Positions 10,932 to 20,732 of a DNA stretch of 64,000 nt are shown piece after piece. A model generated the notes under the pieces. It saw nothing but the letters and a program-made list of their open reading frames with translations, searched no databases and was not told where the DNA came from. Position numbers and translations under genes: made by a program. How positions within the stretch are numbered: the stretch's first letter is position 1; every line of letters begins with the position of its first letter. This DNA comes from a bacterium (GTDB taxonomy: Bacteria > UBA8248 > JACPRG01 > G963555815), in NCBI GenBank assembly GCA_965218795.1, contig OZ244653.1, positions 1,632,001 to 1,696,000 of the forward strand, given 5' to 3'.

Positions 10932-11672
10932 TCATTGGCGGAGCGATGGATTTATAACAATATCTTTCGTTTGGGAAGACGCCTCGTCGTACGAAACAAG
11001 CGAGGGCCATAAGCGTTCGAACACGGCCCGGTAGATCGGGCTGCCGGCCATTGCCCGTTTGACCTCGAAGTTCGTGGGAACGTACCCCGCCTGCTCCATG
11101 CGCTCCGCAGGGTTGTCCACGCGGCCGAATTGCGGGTTCTCCGATATCGAGGCTGCTATCTCGTCGAAGTATTCTTCCACGTCCGTGGCGATGTAGAGAC
11201 AGCCGCCGGGGATGAGCGTCCGCGCAAGATCCTCCAGAAAACCGGCCCTGAAAAGGCGCCGTTTCCGATGCCGCTTCTTCCACCAGGGATCCGGAAAGTA
11301 GATATGATATGCGTGGACGGAGTCTTCAGGAACCGCCTCGTGAATCAGAGTCAGCGCGTCACCGTAGAGAATTCGTACATTGAGCAGCCGCCGCTTCTGA
11401 ATGCGGGGGCGGGCGATACGAAAATACCGAGCCTTCCGTTCGATCCCGAAATAGTTGACGTCAGGGAACCGTTCCCCCGCTGAAATCAGAAACCTGCCCT
11501 TCCCGAAGCCGATCTCAACCTCGACGGGGTGGTTGTTGCCGTAAAGATCGGCCCACCGAATGGGTCCGAAGGCATCCGCCCTTCGGACCTCCGGGTCAAA
11601 CGAGCTGATGATTTCACCGGGAGCGCCCATAACGCTCGTATTTATGGCACATCCTTCCTCGAAAAACGACAA
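10932..11672 (-). CDS. trmB: tRNA (guanine-N7)-methyltransferase
   Basis: EIGFGKG, FPDPWWKKRHRKRR, ATDVEEY, TNFE; true start may be the ATG near 11630. Confidence 0.93.
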   Translation of the reverse strand: MSFFEEGCAINTSVMGAPGEIISSFDPEVRRADAFGPIRWADLYGNNHPVEVEIGFGKGRFLISAGERFPDVNYFGIERKARYFRIARPRIQKRRLLNVRILYGDALTLIHEAVPEDSVHAYHIYFPDPWWKKRHRKRRLFRAGFLEDLARTLIPGGCLYIATDVEEYFDEIAASISENPQFGRVDNPAERMEQAGYVPTNFEVKRAMAGSPIYRAVFERLWPSLVSYDEASSQTKDIVINPSLRQ

Positions 11673-11752
11673 ACCCGCAGGACTCCCGCCAAAAAAAGCG
11701 TCCCCCGGAGCGGATGCTCCGGGGGACGCTTATTGATGTTTCCGGTGAAAAC

Positions 11753-12640
11753 TTAATTCAGGATGTCTTTCAGCATGGCCATCCGACCTTGGCCGCGCAG
11801 ACGCCTGAGGGCCTGCTTCTCCAATTGCCGGATCCGCTCACGCGAGAGATTCATCCGCTCTCCAATCTCCTGAAGCGTCATGGGGTCGCCCTTGAAGCCG
11901 TACCGCATCCTCAGGATATCTCCCTCCCGCTTCGGCAGAGCCGTCAAGGCCGAGAGGAGCTGATTGGAGATTGCGGACCGATTCATGCGATCTTCGGCCT
12001 GGTTGTCGTTCCCGTCCGTCAACAGGTCGACGTGATTGATGCTGTCCGCGTCGCCCAGGGGAGCATCCAGGGACAGGGCTTCGCGGGCGGCCTTCAGCAT
12101 GACGACCTCTTCAGGAAGCTCATGCATCGCCTCGGCCAGATCCTGCAGCGAGGGCTCTTCCCCGGTGGCCTGCTCAATTTCGCGAATCATCTCCCGGACC
12201 TTCAACCGCTTCTGCGCCTGTTTGACCGAGAGATGAACCGCACCACCCTGGGAGGCAATGGCGTGAACCATGGCCTGGCGAATCCACCAGACGGCATAGG
12301 TGATAAAACGGACGCCACGCTCGGGATCGAACCGCTTGGCGGCTTCGATGAGTCCGATGTTGCCCTCATGAATCAGGTCCGCCATGCTGACGCCGCAACC
12401 CTTATAGCGGTTGGCGACGCTCACCACATACCGCAGGTTGGAACGGATGAACAGGTCCCAGGATTTCCTGTCGCCCCGCTTGGCCCGTTTAATGACTTTT
12501 TGTTCGGTCTCCCGATCCAGAACGGGAATTTCCCGAATGGATGCGAGGTACGCGCTCAGTGCATCGGGCGCCACGGTTTGCGCGCGCTGTAACCCGTTCC
12601 GATCTTCCTGCTTCTCGATCTTGTCCAACATCGTACTCAT
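11753..12640 (-). CDS. RNA polymerase sigma70-family factor (RpoD/RpoS-like, regions 1.2-4)
   Basis: SNLRYVVSVA, DLIHEGNIGL, FDPERGVRFITYAVWWIRQ, TLQEIG..LSRERIRQLE. Confidence 0.92.
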   Translation of the reverse strand: MSTMLDKIEKQEDRNGLQRAQTVAPDALSAYLASIREIPVLDRETEQKVIKRAKRGDRKSWDLFIRSNLRYVVSVANRYKGCGVSMADLIHEGNIGLIEAAKRFDPERGVRFITYAVWWIRQAMVHAIASQGGAVHLSVKQAQKRLKVREMIREIEQATGEEPSLQDLAEAMHELPEEVVMLKAAREALSLDAPLGDADSINHVDLLTDGNDNQAEDRMNRSAISNQLLSALTALPKREGDILRMRYGFKGDPMTLQEIGERMNLSRERIRQLEKQALRRLRGQGRMAMLKDILN

Positions 12641-12880
12641 CTTTTTGTCCTTAGCCCTCCGTCCAGTTTCGTCACTCAAAACAATGATGAAGCCGGTCTG
12701 GTTCGGGCAAAACAAAGAGCAGGGACAATCCTCTGGATTGCTCCCTGCTCCCATTGCTCATCAAGGCTGATAAATCACCCCTGCATGAAACGAATCCCTT
12801 CCACCCAACTCATTTTCAAATAATAATCCCTTTTTTTCTATATGTCAATACTTAAATATGTATCTGGCCAAAAAAACCTT

Positions 12881-13100
12881 TGGGCGGCGTGGCGTTCGAG
12901 GGCAGGCCCTCAGATTGTCATTCCTGCGCAAGCAGGAATCCAGAGAAGTGGACCCCGGCCTGAAGCCTGCCGGGGTGACAGGCTGGAGGCTCCCCGCCCC
13001 TTGATTTTGAAACCTTCGAGGGCATGACGGGCGCGTGTTGCAGGAGTCATTCCCGTTGGCTTGTCCCCGAAGGCTTGAGTCGGGGGAGCGGGAATCCAGA
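12881..13100. repeat. Host REP-like palindromes (GTCATTCCyGCG..GCrGGAATCC family)
   Basis: gtcattcctgcgcaagcaggaatcc at ~12917; the 35-bp leader recurs at 60859-60893. Confidence 0.75.
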
Positions 13101-13219
13101 AAAAAGGCCTGGCTCGTCAAGCGTATCATTCCCTTCAAAAAAAACCCGCCTTTTCGTGGATCGCCGAACCAGTCAATCGGGCATTCGGTTTTCGACCGCC
13201 CGCTTCAAAAAAACCCCGC

Positions 13220-13882
13220 CTATAGCTCGCCGGCGAGCCTGTCCCGCCATTCAGGGACAATCCGCCTCATGATTTCAAGGACTTTCAGACGGGCCGCTTC
13301 CGCTTTTTCCTGTTTCTCCTCTGTTGTGGCGAACTCCTCCAGGATGACGCGGCCCAACCGGGAATGGAAGACTTCATCCTTTTGGATTTTTCGATACACG
13401 GCCGCCGTTCTCGGATCGAAGGGTTCGATTACGTCGATGAACGCCACATTGGCCCAGAAGGCCAACACCGTCTCTTCCGTATAATTGTTCATCATAATCC
13501 GCTCGGTGATATCCCAGGGGGTGCAATCCATGAAGAAGTCGAACAGGTCCCGGTAAGCATCGAGCGGTTCCCATTTCCAGGGTTCTTCGTCGCCCAACTC
13601 CTGGAGACGGGCCTGTACCCAGCGGACGTGCCGAAATTCGTCATCCACCTGCCGCGCCAACAGGTGCTGGGCCTTGAGAGGAGAATTGGGAATCCACGCC
13701 GCAGATACCTCCGCCACCCGCAACTCATTGTACAAGCCCTGCTTGAGGCGCATGTGGATCATCCTCCCTACCTTTTCCGAATCGCCCGTCTTATAGGACA
13801 TGAAGGACTTCTCAACGTTCAACTCTTCGTAAAAGGCGCGGTTCCGTTTTTCGGCTTCCTTGACGAACGTCTTACTGTCCAC
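13220..13882 (-). CDS. Ferritin-like (diiron) protein
   Basis: Two ExxH motifs (DDEFRH, KDEVFH) in a helical 220-aa protein. Confidence 0.7.
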   Translation of the reverse strand: MDSKTFVKEAEKRNRAFYEELNVEKSFMSYKTGDSEKVGRMIHMRLKQGLYNELRVAEVSAAWIPNSPLKAQHLLARQVDDEFRHVRWVQARLQELGDEEPWKWEPLDAYRDLFDFFMDCTPWDITERIMMNNYTEETVLAFWANVAFIDVIEPFDPRTAAVYRKIQKDEVFHSRLGRVILEEFATTEEKQEKAEAARLKVLEIMRRIVPEWRDRLAGEL

Positions 13883-14104
13883 GAAATATCACCTCCAAGA
13901 CGTAGGCGGGGGCTTTCGGGTGATCAATTTCTCCACCGATCGAAGAAGATTTCCGTAAGCGAAATGTATAACATACTCCCATCTGATTTCACATGACGGC
14001 ACTGAACGACCGAAGCCGGAAAACGAAGGGCCCTTGGATGCCGGCTGGCTTGATGCCGTTCATCGAATCATGTCATGAATGAAGCTGCCTCCGGGCTGTT
14101 CAAC

Positions 14105-14405
14105 AGCGAAGACATTCGGGGGCGGGCTGCAAGCAGGAATCCATGAGGGGGGCGCGCCACGATCTGCCACGCACCCAAAGCGATTCGCTCATGCCGGCGC
14201 CCGACCGGCCCGGGGGCGTGAAGGACGAACGACTCAGGCTACACTGGATTCCCGCTTTCGCGGGAAGGACGGACCGAGGGGATTCGGTGTGGGTTTAGTC
14301 TGTCATTCCTGCCCCCGATAGAAGCCTTCGGGGACAGGCTGCGGCAGGAATCCAGGGGCAGACTCCCCGATGAAGACGTTCGGAGGCGGGTTGCAAGCAG
14401 GAAGG
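14105..14405. repeat. Host REP-like cluster
   Basis: ggattcccgctttcgcgggaa, gtcattcctgcccccgatagaagccttcggggacaggctgcggcaggaatcc. Confidence 0.7.
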
Positions 14406-14488
14406 ACCCATTTTGAAATATGATATCCGCGGAAATATCCGCTGCCGGGCTCCTGCGGATTAAGAGTCAAGAGCGATGAGGTGAGAAG

Positions 14489-15481
14489 ATGATCAACGGT
14501 CATACCGTCGTGGATGCGCATCATCACTATATCCCGGGAGAGCTTCTTCACAACCTGGAAGACTACCTCCCCAGGGAGGTCGCCACCCGGAAAAAGGGTG
14601 AGCGAATCTCTTTTTGGAGGGACGGTATCGAGCTCTTGACGCCCGATACCATCCTGATGCCCGACATGGACAAACAAATCGCCGACATGGACGCCGGAGG
14701 CGTGGACATTGCCGTATGCTCAATCAGCAGCGTCCAGGAATTCTGCACCATGAAGATGGCCCGGGTGGTCAATGACGGGATGGCGGAAATTCAACGCAGA
14801 TACCCGGAACGGGCCTGGGGGCTGATCCATGTTCCCCCCTTTGATGACGGGGCGCTCGATGAAGTCGAGCGCGGCGCCAAAGACCTCGGTCTCAAGGGGA
14901 TCTGTGTCACGACCCACACCCAGGGAAGGTATCTTGACGCCGAAGAATACATGCCCCTGTTCCACAAGGCTCACGACCTCGGACTCCCCATCGTCGTTCA
15001 TGCCGCCACGATTCCGGCCGATTACGAGAGAACGCTCGAGCGCTACGACCTGGCCCGATCCATGGGGCGCGTGCTCGACCACACCCTGGCGACCATCCGG
15101 CTGATTTTCAGCGATCACCTGAGGGAGTTGCCGCGTCTCAAGTTCTTCCAGGGTCACCTGGGGGGGGCGATGTTCATTCTGAGGGGGCGCTTCGATCCCT
15201 CCTACAAGACCCACTGGAATCCGGCAGAGGTCGAATACGACAAGTACATCGACCAAATGCTGTTCGACACGGCGCCGCCTTACTGGTACAAAGCGGAGGT
15301 GCGGTGCGCCATCGAGACCCTGGGCTCGGAACGCATTTGCTACGGGAGCGACTATCCCATCCAGCCGGACTGGATTGAGCGGTCCCTGAACCTCGTGACC
15401 GGCCAGGAGCACCTGGGCGACGACCAGCTGGCCGACGTGCTGGGCCGTAACGCTCTTCGCGCCTTCGGCCGGATGGATTGA
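14489..15481 (+). CDS. Amidohydrolase-family protein (ACMSD/decarboxylase-like)
   Basis: VDAHHH, PIVVH, GHLGG, FDTA, YGSDYP. Confidence 0.88.
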   Translation: MINGHTVVDAHHHYIPGELLHNLEDYLPREVATRKKGERISFWRDGIELLTPDTILMPDMDKQIADMDAGGVDIAVCSISSVQEFCTMKMARVVNDGMAEIQRRYPERAWGLIHVPPFDDGALDEVERGAKDLGLKGICVTTHTQGRYLDAEEYMPLFHKAHDLGLPIVVHAATIPADYERTLERYDLARSMGRVLDHTLATIRLIFSDHLRELPRLKFFQGHLGGAMFILRGRFDPSYKTHWNPAEVEYDKYIDQMLFDTAPPYWYKAEVRCAIETLGSERICYGSDYPIQPDWIERSLNLVTGQEHLGDDQLADVLGRNALRAFGRMD

Positions 15482-15524
15482 TTTTGTCAGTCCCCGGCGG
15501 GCCTGCGGCCCCGCGGGATTCGGG

Positions 15525-16958
15525 ATGAACCTGGAGACCGGAAAGATGCCGAAAGACTTACGGACCTACATCGACCTTTTGGATGAACATCGGGAGCTGG
15601 TCCACGTGGAGAAAGAGGTCGACCCCGACAACAACATCGGAACGCTCTGTCACCTGGCCCAGGAACGGGCCATCTGGATGAAGAAAATCAAGGGACATCC
15701 CGGCTGGACGGCTCTTGCCCAGGCGCCTGCGAATTGGCGGCATCTGGCCATGGCGATGGGGGTGAAGCAGGAAGAACTCGTATTCCACGTCGCCGGTCTG
15801 CTGAGCGCGGCGCCCACCGAGCCCGTCTTTCTGAACGGAGAGCCCGCGCCCTGCCAGGAGAAAATATACTCCGGGGACGACGCTGATATCGGGATCCTTC
15901 CCGCCCACCTGCAAAGCCGAGAGGACGGCGGGAAGTGCATATCGGCGTCCATCTGCATTTGCAGAGACCCCGATACCGGCAAGTACAACCTCTCGTACCA
16001 CCGGATGATGCCGCTGGGAAAACAGGAGACGGGTTTCCTGATGCTGCCCCGGCACATGTGGCGGGTCTACAGAAAATATGAGGAGAAGGGTCGGTCGATG
16101 CCCATCGCCGCAATCATCGGCCACCACCCGGGATTCGCCCTGGCCGGAGGCATCTCGGGGACGGAAGAAATCGATGAGATTCGACTCGCCGGAACCTTCC
16201 TGGGGGAACCCGTCCGCATGGTCAAGGCGAAGAGCATCGATCTGGAGGTGCCGGCCGATGCCGAGATCATCGTGGAAGGGGAAATCCCTCCCGACACCCG
16301 GAAGACCGAAGGCCCGTTCGGCGAATTTCAGGGATATTACCTGACGGGCGAAACGAATTCCCCGGTCTTCCGCGTCAAGACGATCACAATGCGCAATGAC
16401 GCCATTTACAAGATTGTTCAGAGCGCCTACAACACCGAGGCGGCCATCTTCCACCGCGTCCCCATGGCGGTGAATCTCTTGAATCGCCTCAAGCAGAACG
16501 AGGGGATGATTCAGATTCACACCATCAACGTATTGCCGACGAACTTCACGGTGGTGGTCCAGATGACGCCCAGCTACGAAGGACAGGCCAAGAATATCCT
16601 CATGTCCGCGCTCTCGGGCGGTTACCTTCACCACAAGATCGCCATCGGCGTGGATGAAGACGTGGATCCGTTCGATCTGGATGAAGTCTTCTTCGCCGTC
16701 TCCACCCGGGTCAATCCCGCCGTGGACATTGTGACCGTCCCCGGGGTGCGCAACCACCCCATGGATCCCTCCATCACTTGCGTGGACCCGGAGCGGGATT
16801 ACGCGGGCAAGGTCCAGAGCGTCGGGTCCAAGGTGATCATCGACGCGACGAAACCCTCGCTCACCCATCCCGCGCGGAAGCGTTTCGATCGGGTCGTTCC
16901 GACGGGCTGGGGGGAGTTCGATCCGGAAGCGTTCTTTCCGGATGAGAAGCCTTGGTAG
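15525..16958 (+). CDS. UbiD-family (prFMN) decarboxylase
   Basis: KDLRTYID, YNLSYHR, EIIVEGEI..EGPFGEF, VDEDVDPFD, SKVIIDATKP. Confidence 0.9.
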   Translation: MNLETGKMPKDLRTYIDLLDEHRELVHVEKEVDPDNNIGTLCHLAQERAIWMKKIKGHPGWTALAQAPANWRHLAMAMGVKQEELVFHVAGLLSAAPTEPVFLNGEPAPCQEKIYSGDDADIGILPAHLQSREDGGKCISASICICRDPDTGKYNLSYHRMMPLGKQETGFLMLPRHMWRVYRKYEEKGRSMPIAAIIGHHPGFALAGGISGTEEIDEIRLAGTFLGEPVRMVKAKSIDLEVPADAEIIVEGEIPPDTRKTEGPFGEFQGYYLTGETNSPVFRVKTITMRNDAIYKIVQSAYNTEAAIFHRVPMAVNLLNRLKQNEGMIQIHTINVLPTNFTVVVQMTPSYEGQAKNILMSALSGGYLHHKIAIGVDEDVDPFDLDEVFFAVSTRVNPAVDIVTVPGVRNHPMDPSITCVDPERDYAGKVQSVGSKVIIDATKPSLTHPARKRFDRVVPTGWGEFDPEAFFPDEKPW

Positions 16959-17135
16959 GGATTTCGTGTCGGAAACAGGACGGAGGATAGTAGTGACCGT
17001 CTTCGCTAATTTCTCACAACATGTACGACCAGGCATCTTCCCGAACAAACGACACCTTAAAAAGGGGGAAGGTGATTCCCCAAATGACGGGTTGGGAATC
17101 CTTGTGGCGGGTGTGGAGGTGTCGCCCCTGCATCC

Positions 17136-17215
17136 TGGATTCCCGCTTCTGCGGGAATGACAAGACGGGGGGTCTGTAGGGTTCTGTTCTGTCATTCCTG
17201 CGCAGGCAGGAATCC
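17136..17215. repeat. REP doublet (REPIN-like)
   Basis: ggattcccgcttctgcgggaatgac ... gtcattcctgcgcaggcaggaatcc inverted pair. Confidence 0.75.
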
Positions 17216-17329
17216 ATACGGTATGATCCCCGATAGAAACTTTCGGTGGCGGATTGCACATGACCTGCCCCCTTCAAACGGGTCCAGTTTATAAATGAGT
17301 ATTCCTGGATTTTCGGAAGGAGGGGAAGG

Positions 17330-17608
17330 ATGGCAAGGAAGCGGTTTACGGCCGAGCAGATCATCATCAAGCTGCGAGAGGCGGAGGTGGCCCAGTCCCA
17401 GGGGAAGACGGTAGGCCAGGTGTGCAAGCAGATCGGGGTGACGGAGCAAACCTACTACCGGTGGAGGAAGGAGTACGGGGGTCTGAGGATGGACCAGGCC
17501 AAGCGTCTGAAGTCCCTGGAGCAGGAGAATGCCCGGCTGAAGAAGCTGGTGGCGGATCTGTCCCTGGACAACCAGATCCTGAAGGAAGTCTCCTCGGGAA
17601 ACTTCTAA
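17330..17608 (+). CDS. IS3 transposase OrfA
   Basis: MARKRFTAEQII..TYYRWRKEYGG..ENARLKKLVADLSLD. Confidence 0.92.
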   Translation: MARKRFTAEQIIIKLREAEVAQSQGKTVGQVCKQIGVTEQTYYRWRKEYGGLRMDQAKRLKSLEQENARLKKLVADLSLDNQILKEVSSGNF

Positions 17609-18501
17609 GCCCGGCGAAGCGGAGACGAGTCGTGGTATGGGTCAGAGAGCGATTCGGGCCTGAGCGAGTCTCCGAGCGTCGGGCCTGCCGCGTGCTGGGA
17701 CAGGCCAGATCGACCCAACGAAGAATCCCGCAGTTCCCCAAGGAAGAGGCGCAACTGGTGATCCGGATGGTGGAACTGGCCAGTCAGTACGGCCGATACG
17801 GCTACCGGAGGATCACGGCCATGCTTCGTTGGGAGGGGTGGAAGGTGAACCACAAGCGCGTGGAAAGGCTCTGGAGGCAGGAGGGGCTGAAGGTCCCGTC
17901 CAGACAGCCGAAACGCAGGAGACTGTGGCTCCATGACGGCTCTTGCGTGCGCCTGAGACCGACTCATCGGAACCATGTCTGGAGCTATGACTTCATGCAT
18001 GAGCGCACCCAAGAAGGGAGGGCTTTCCGGCTGCTGACCATTTTGGATGAGTACAGCCGAGAATGTATATCCATTGATGTCCAAAGGCAGATGAATCACC
18101 AGGATGTGCTGGAGCGGTTGGCAGAGTTGTTTGTGGGCCGGGGCGTCCCTGAATACCTCCGGTCAGATAACGGGTCGGAGTTCACAGCGAGGGTGGTCAG
18201 GCACTGGCTCAAGGCGGTTGGCGTGAGGACATTGTATATCGAGCCAGGGAGTCCCTGGGAGAACGGATATGTGGAGAGTTTCAACGGGAAGCTGAGGGAT
18301 GAGCTCCTGAACGTGGAGAGCTTCGAGACCCTGAAAGAGGCCCAGGTGCTGGTGGAGAGGTGGAGGCGGGAGTACAACCAGCGACGGCCTCACAGTGCCT
18401 TGGCCTACCGGCCACCCGCACCAGAGGCCAGATTCCCAAGAACCCAAGCCCTGGCGCCGGTTCCCCGGAGTGGACTGCAAAGGGTCCCGTGTCTAACGTA
18501 G
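17602..18501 (+). CDS. IS3 transposase OrfB (reached by -1 frameshift)
   Basis: YGYRRI, WSYDF, SDNGSEF, PGSPWENGYVESFNGKLRDE. Confidence 0.9.
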   Translation, partial: LLSPAKRRRVVVWVRERFGPERVSERRACRVLGQARSTQRRIPQFPKEEAQLVIRMVELASQYGRYGYRRITAMLRWEGWKVNHKRVERLWRQEGLKVPSRQPKRRRLWLHDGSCVRLRPTHRNHVWSYDFMHERTQEGRAFRLLTILDEYSRECISIDVQRQMNHQDVLERLAELFVGRGVPEYLRSDNGSEFTARVVRHWLKAVGVRTLYIEPGSPWENGYVESFNGKLRDELLNVESFETLKEAQVLVERWRREYNQRRPHSALAYRPPAPEARFPRTQALAPVPRSGLQRVPCLT

Positions 18502-18532
18502 CACGTGGTCTCGTTATAGTGGGGGCAGGTCA

Positions 18533-20292
18533 ATCTTGCGGGTGAAGTAGTCGTCCACCACGTCTGTCTCGAACGATAGCCGGATCCGTTTTTTAAGGTG
18601 CACGGACCTGGCCAACACTTCGTCCTGCTCCTTTCCGGCGAAGCGAAAGAACGTCGGGTGCGGCTTACCTTGGAACGGCTTTTTGATCTCCTGAACGTGC
18701 TTCGGCTTAAAAGGGTTCTGGAGGCGAGCTCCTTGGCCGAAAATCTGCGCCAGATTGGGAGAGTTCTGAAAAACGCGCTTCAGCACATCTTCCAGCGGTT
18801 TGTCGTCGGTAAGCTGTTCTTCCACATCGAGCTGGGCGCGGGCGTTCCGCAACTCTCGCAAGCCTGGGTGATCGCGCAGGGTCTGCTCAAGCTTGCGCTC
18901 GAGCTCTATCGCGAAAACGTTATCTTCAACCAACCGATCGCGGCTAGGCATGAATATGTCATCCTGCTCGAGTGCCGAAAGCGATGAACAATCCAGAACG
19001 AGCAAGAGGTCCTTCGCCAGCCTTTGCAGGTTAACTTGCTTTCGCGCGAAGAAATTGGCTTTGATGTAGCCCTGTGTCTGTCCGTTGATCGTGAAAATCA
19101 CGCCCTCCGAACTTCGGTAGGTCTTTGACTTGCCAGGCTTAAAGGCATAAATCCGAGCGAACAGATCATGCCCCTGAACCGTTAGTGAAAGAGTTGCGGG
19201 CTTTACGTCCTCAAGGTTCTCGTTCCCATTCAGACGAGCGAAGAGACCGCTCATCGTCTCGGTTTGTTCCTGTCCGGTTTTATAGTGGTCCCGGCATTCG
19301 TGGAAGCGCATGGGGAGTGCTGGTTCCGGTAGCAACAGGTCAATCTTGGGGCGTAAGCCATCGCGACGGAGGATGTTGGAGTTCTTCTTCAGATTGTATT
19401 CGTAGAGCTTCACCAGCGTCCCGTGGTCGACCATGCGTAGATAGGCCTTGTCGCCCTGCGGAAACAGCGGCATTCTATTCGCTTTGAAGCGCAGCACACG
19501 TCCCTTCCGCTCTATCTCGTCGGTTTCCAAGGGCGCAAGATATGAAAGAAATGGGGACTTTACGTTCTGGCCTTCGCCTTCGCGCCGGACGATGGTGAAG
19601 CCCCAACAATCGTCCGATTCGTGGACTGGATAGCCTGGAGGCACGGCCTCGTTTCTGAGCAACTGCGGGTGCCGCCGCGAGACGATGAGCTGGAGCTTCT
19701 GTTCGCCGCAAAAACGAATGGCACCGGTGCTGCCTTGCCCAAACTTACCTTGGACAAAATTCACCCGAATCTTATTGTTCTTCCCGAGGCTTACCAACGT
19801 GTGGGTGAAAGCCTCTGGTGTCTGTCCTTCGCCGAGGTCAGCGATGTTGACGCAGGGCTTGACCCCCCTGGATCCTGTGACGAACACCGAGATATTCTCG
19901 GCGACCTGCGTCCGGAAACTCGGCGTCCAATCTTCGGCGCGGCCGCCAGTGCCCTTGAGGGTACCTGACCAAGTTTTTTCGATGAAGCGGTTGACGGCTT
20001 CGCGCATCGACATCGGCGCCTTTGGATCTTCAGAGGGAATTCCAGTGAGCATGCATTCAAGCATCAACCGCGAGTCGATTGTGTTAACTAGTTTTTCGTT
20101 GAGGGCAAAATCGGAGCGCGCCTGCTGGTTGCCTGCGCGATTCCAATTCAGTTCGTCATCGCCATAATAGCGCCAGTATCGGGTATCGTCCCAATAACCC
20201 TGGTCCCTCAGGAGCCGGATGACTTCTTCCTCTGTATCTGCACGCATGAGATCCAAACAGAGTTTCTTGGTGGCGTCGGCTCCTTGGTTCAT
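18533..20292 (-). pseudogene. GHKL/MORC-like ATPase, C-terminally truncated by IS3
   Basis: NEKLVNTIDS, IADLGEGQ, GKFGQGSTG GHKL motifs; frame runs into the IS right IR. Confidence 0.65.
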
Positions 20293-20304
20293 CGGCTTAC
20301 CGCC

Positions 20305-20574
20305 TTAAAGCTCGAATTCGATCGCGTCAGAGCGTTTCGAACTCTTCATCCGGGCTTTCAACGCCTCGGTCTCGTCATTGATTGCCTTCACGATCTTGGT
20401 TACGTCCGCATCCGTGTAGATATACGCGGATCTGTTGCCTAGCTTGCCGATGAGCCGGATCGTTCTGATCGCGTTCACCGTTCTCTTTTGGGCCAATTCG
20501 ACGAATTTCTCGCGCTTATTGGACGACGATTTGTCTACCTGTGGTCTTTCCATCTGAACAATCTCGCTGCTCAT
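20305..20574 (-). CDS. Small helical hypothetical protein (KREKFVELA.KR...LIG.L.NR..Y.Y type)
   Basis: RBS aggagaa before ATG 20574; directly upstream of the GHKL ATPase. Confidence 0.65.
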   Translation of the reverse strand: MSSEIVQMERPQVDKSSSNKREKFVELAQKRTVNAIRTIRLIGKLGNRSAYIYTDADVTKIVKAINDETEALKARMKSSKRSDAIEFEL

Positions 20575-20732
20575 TGAGTTTCTCCTTCCAAAATTGTTGA
20601 TTTTCATATGTCTCTATTTAAAGTATATATTACCATTTAATTTTTTGTCCAATATATTCTTTAATTTACACGAAATAAAGTTGACCATTTTGCGTCTGGC
20701 GCCCACAATTTTCCTGTTCCTGACCTTGCCGT

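Larger units (their letters stand above)
17261..18532 (+). mobile_element. IS3-family element (IS407-like group)
   Basis: IRs TGACCTGCCCCC.. / ..GGGGGCAGGTCA; orfA ends with GGGAAAC slippery site; no target duplication visible. Confidence 0.93.

Noticed and set aside
10900-10960. tRNA gene beside the integrase
   Set aside because: Only a 3'-end-like fragment is present; no cloverleaf can be formed
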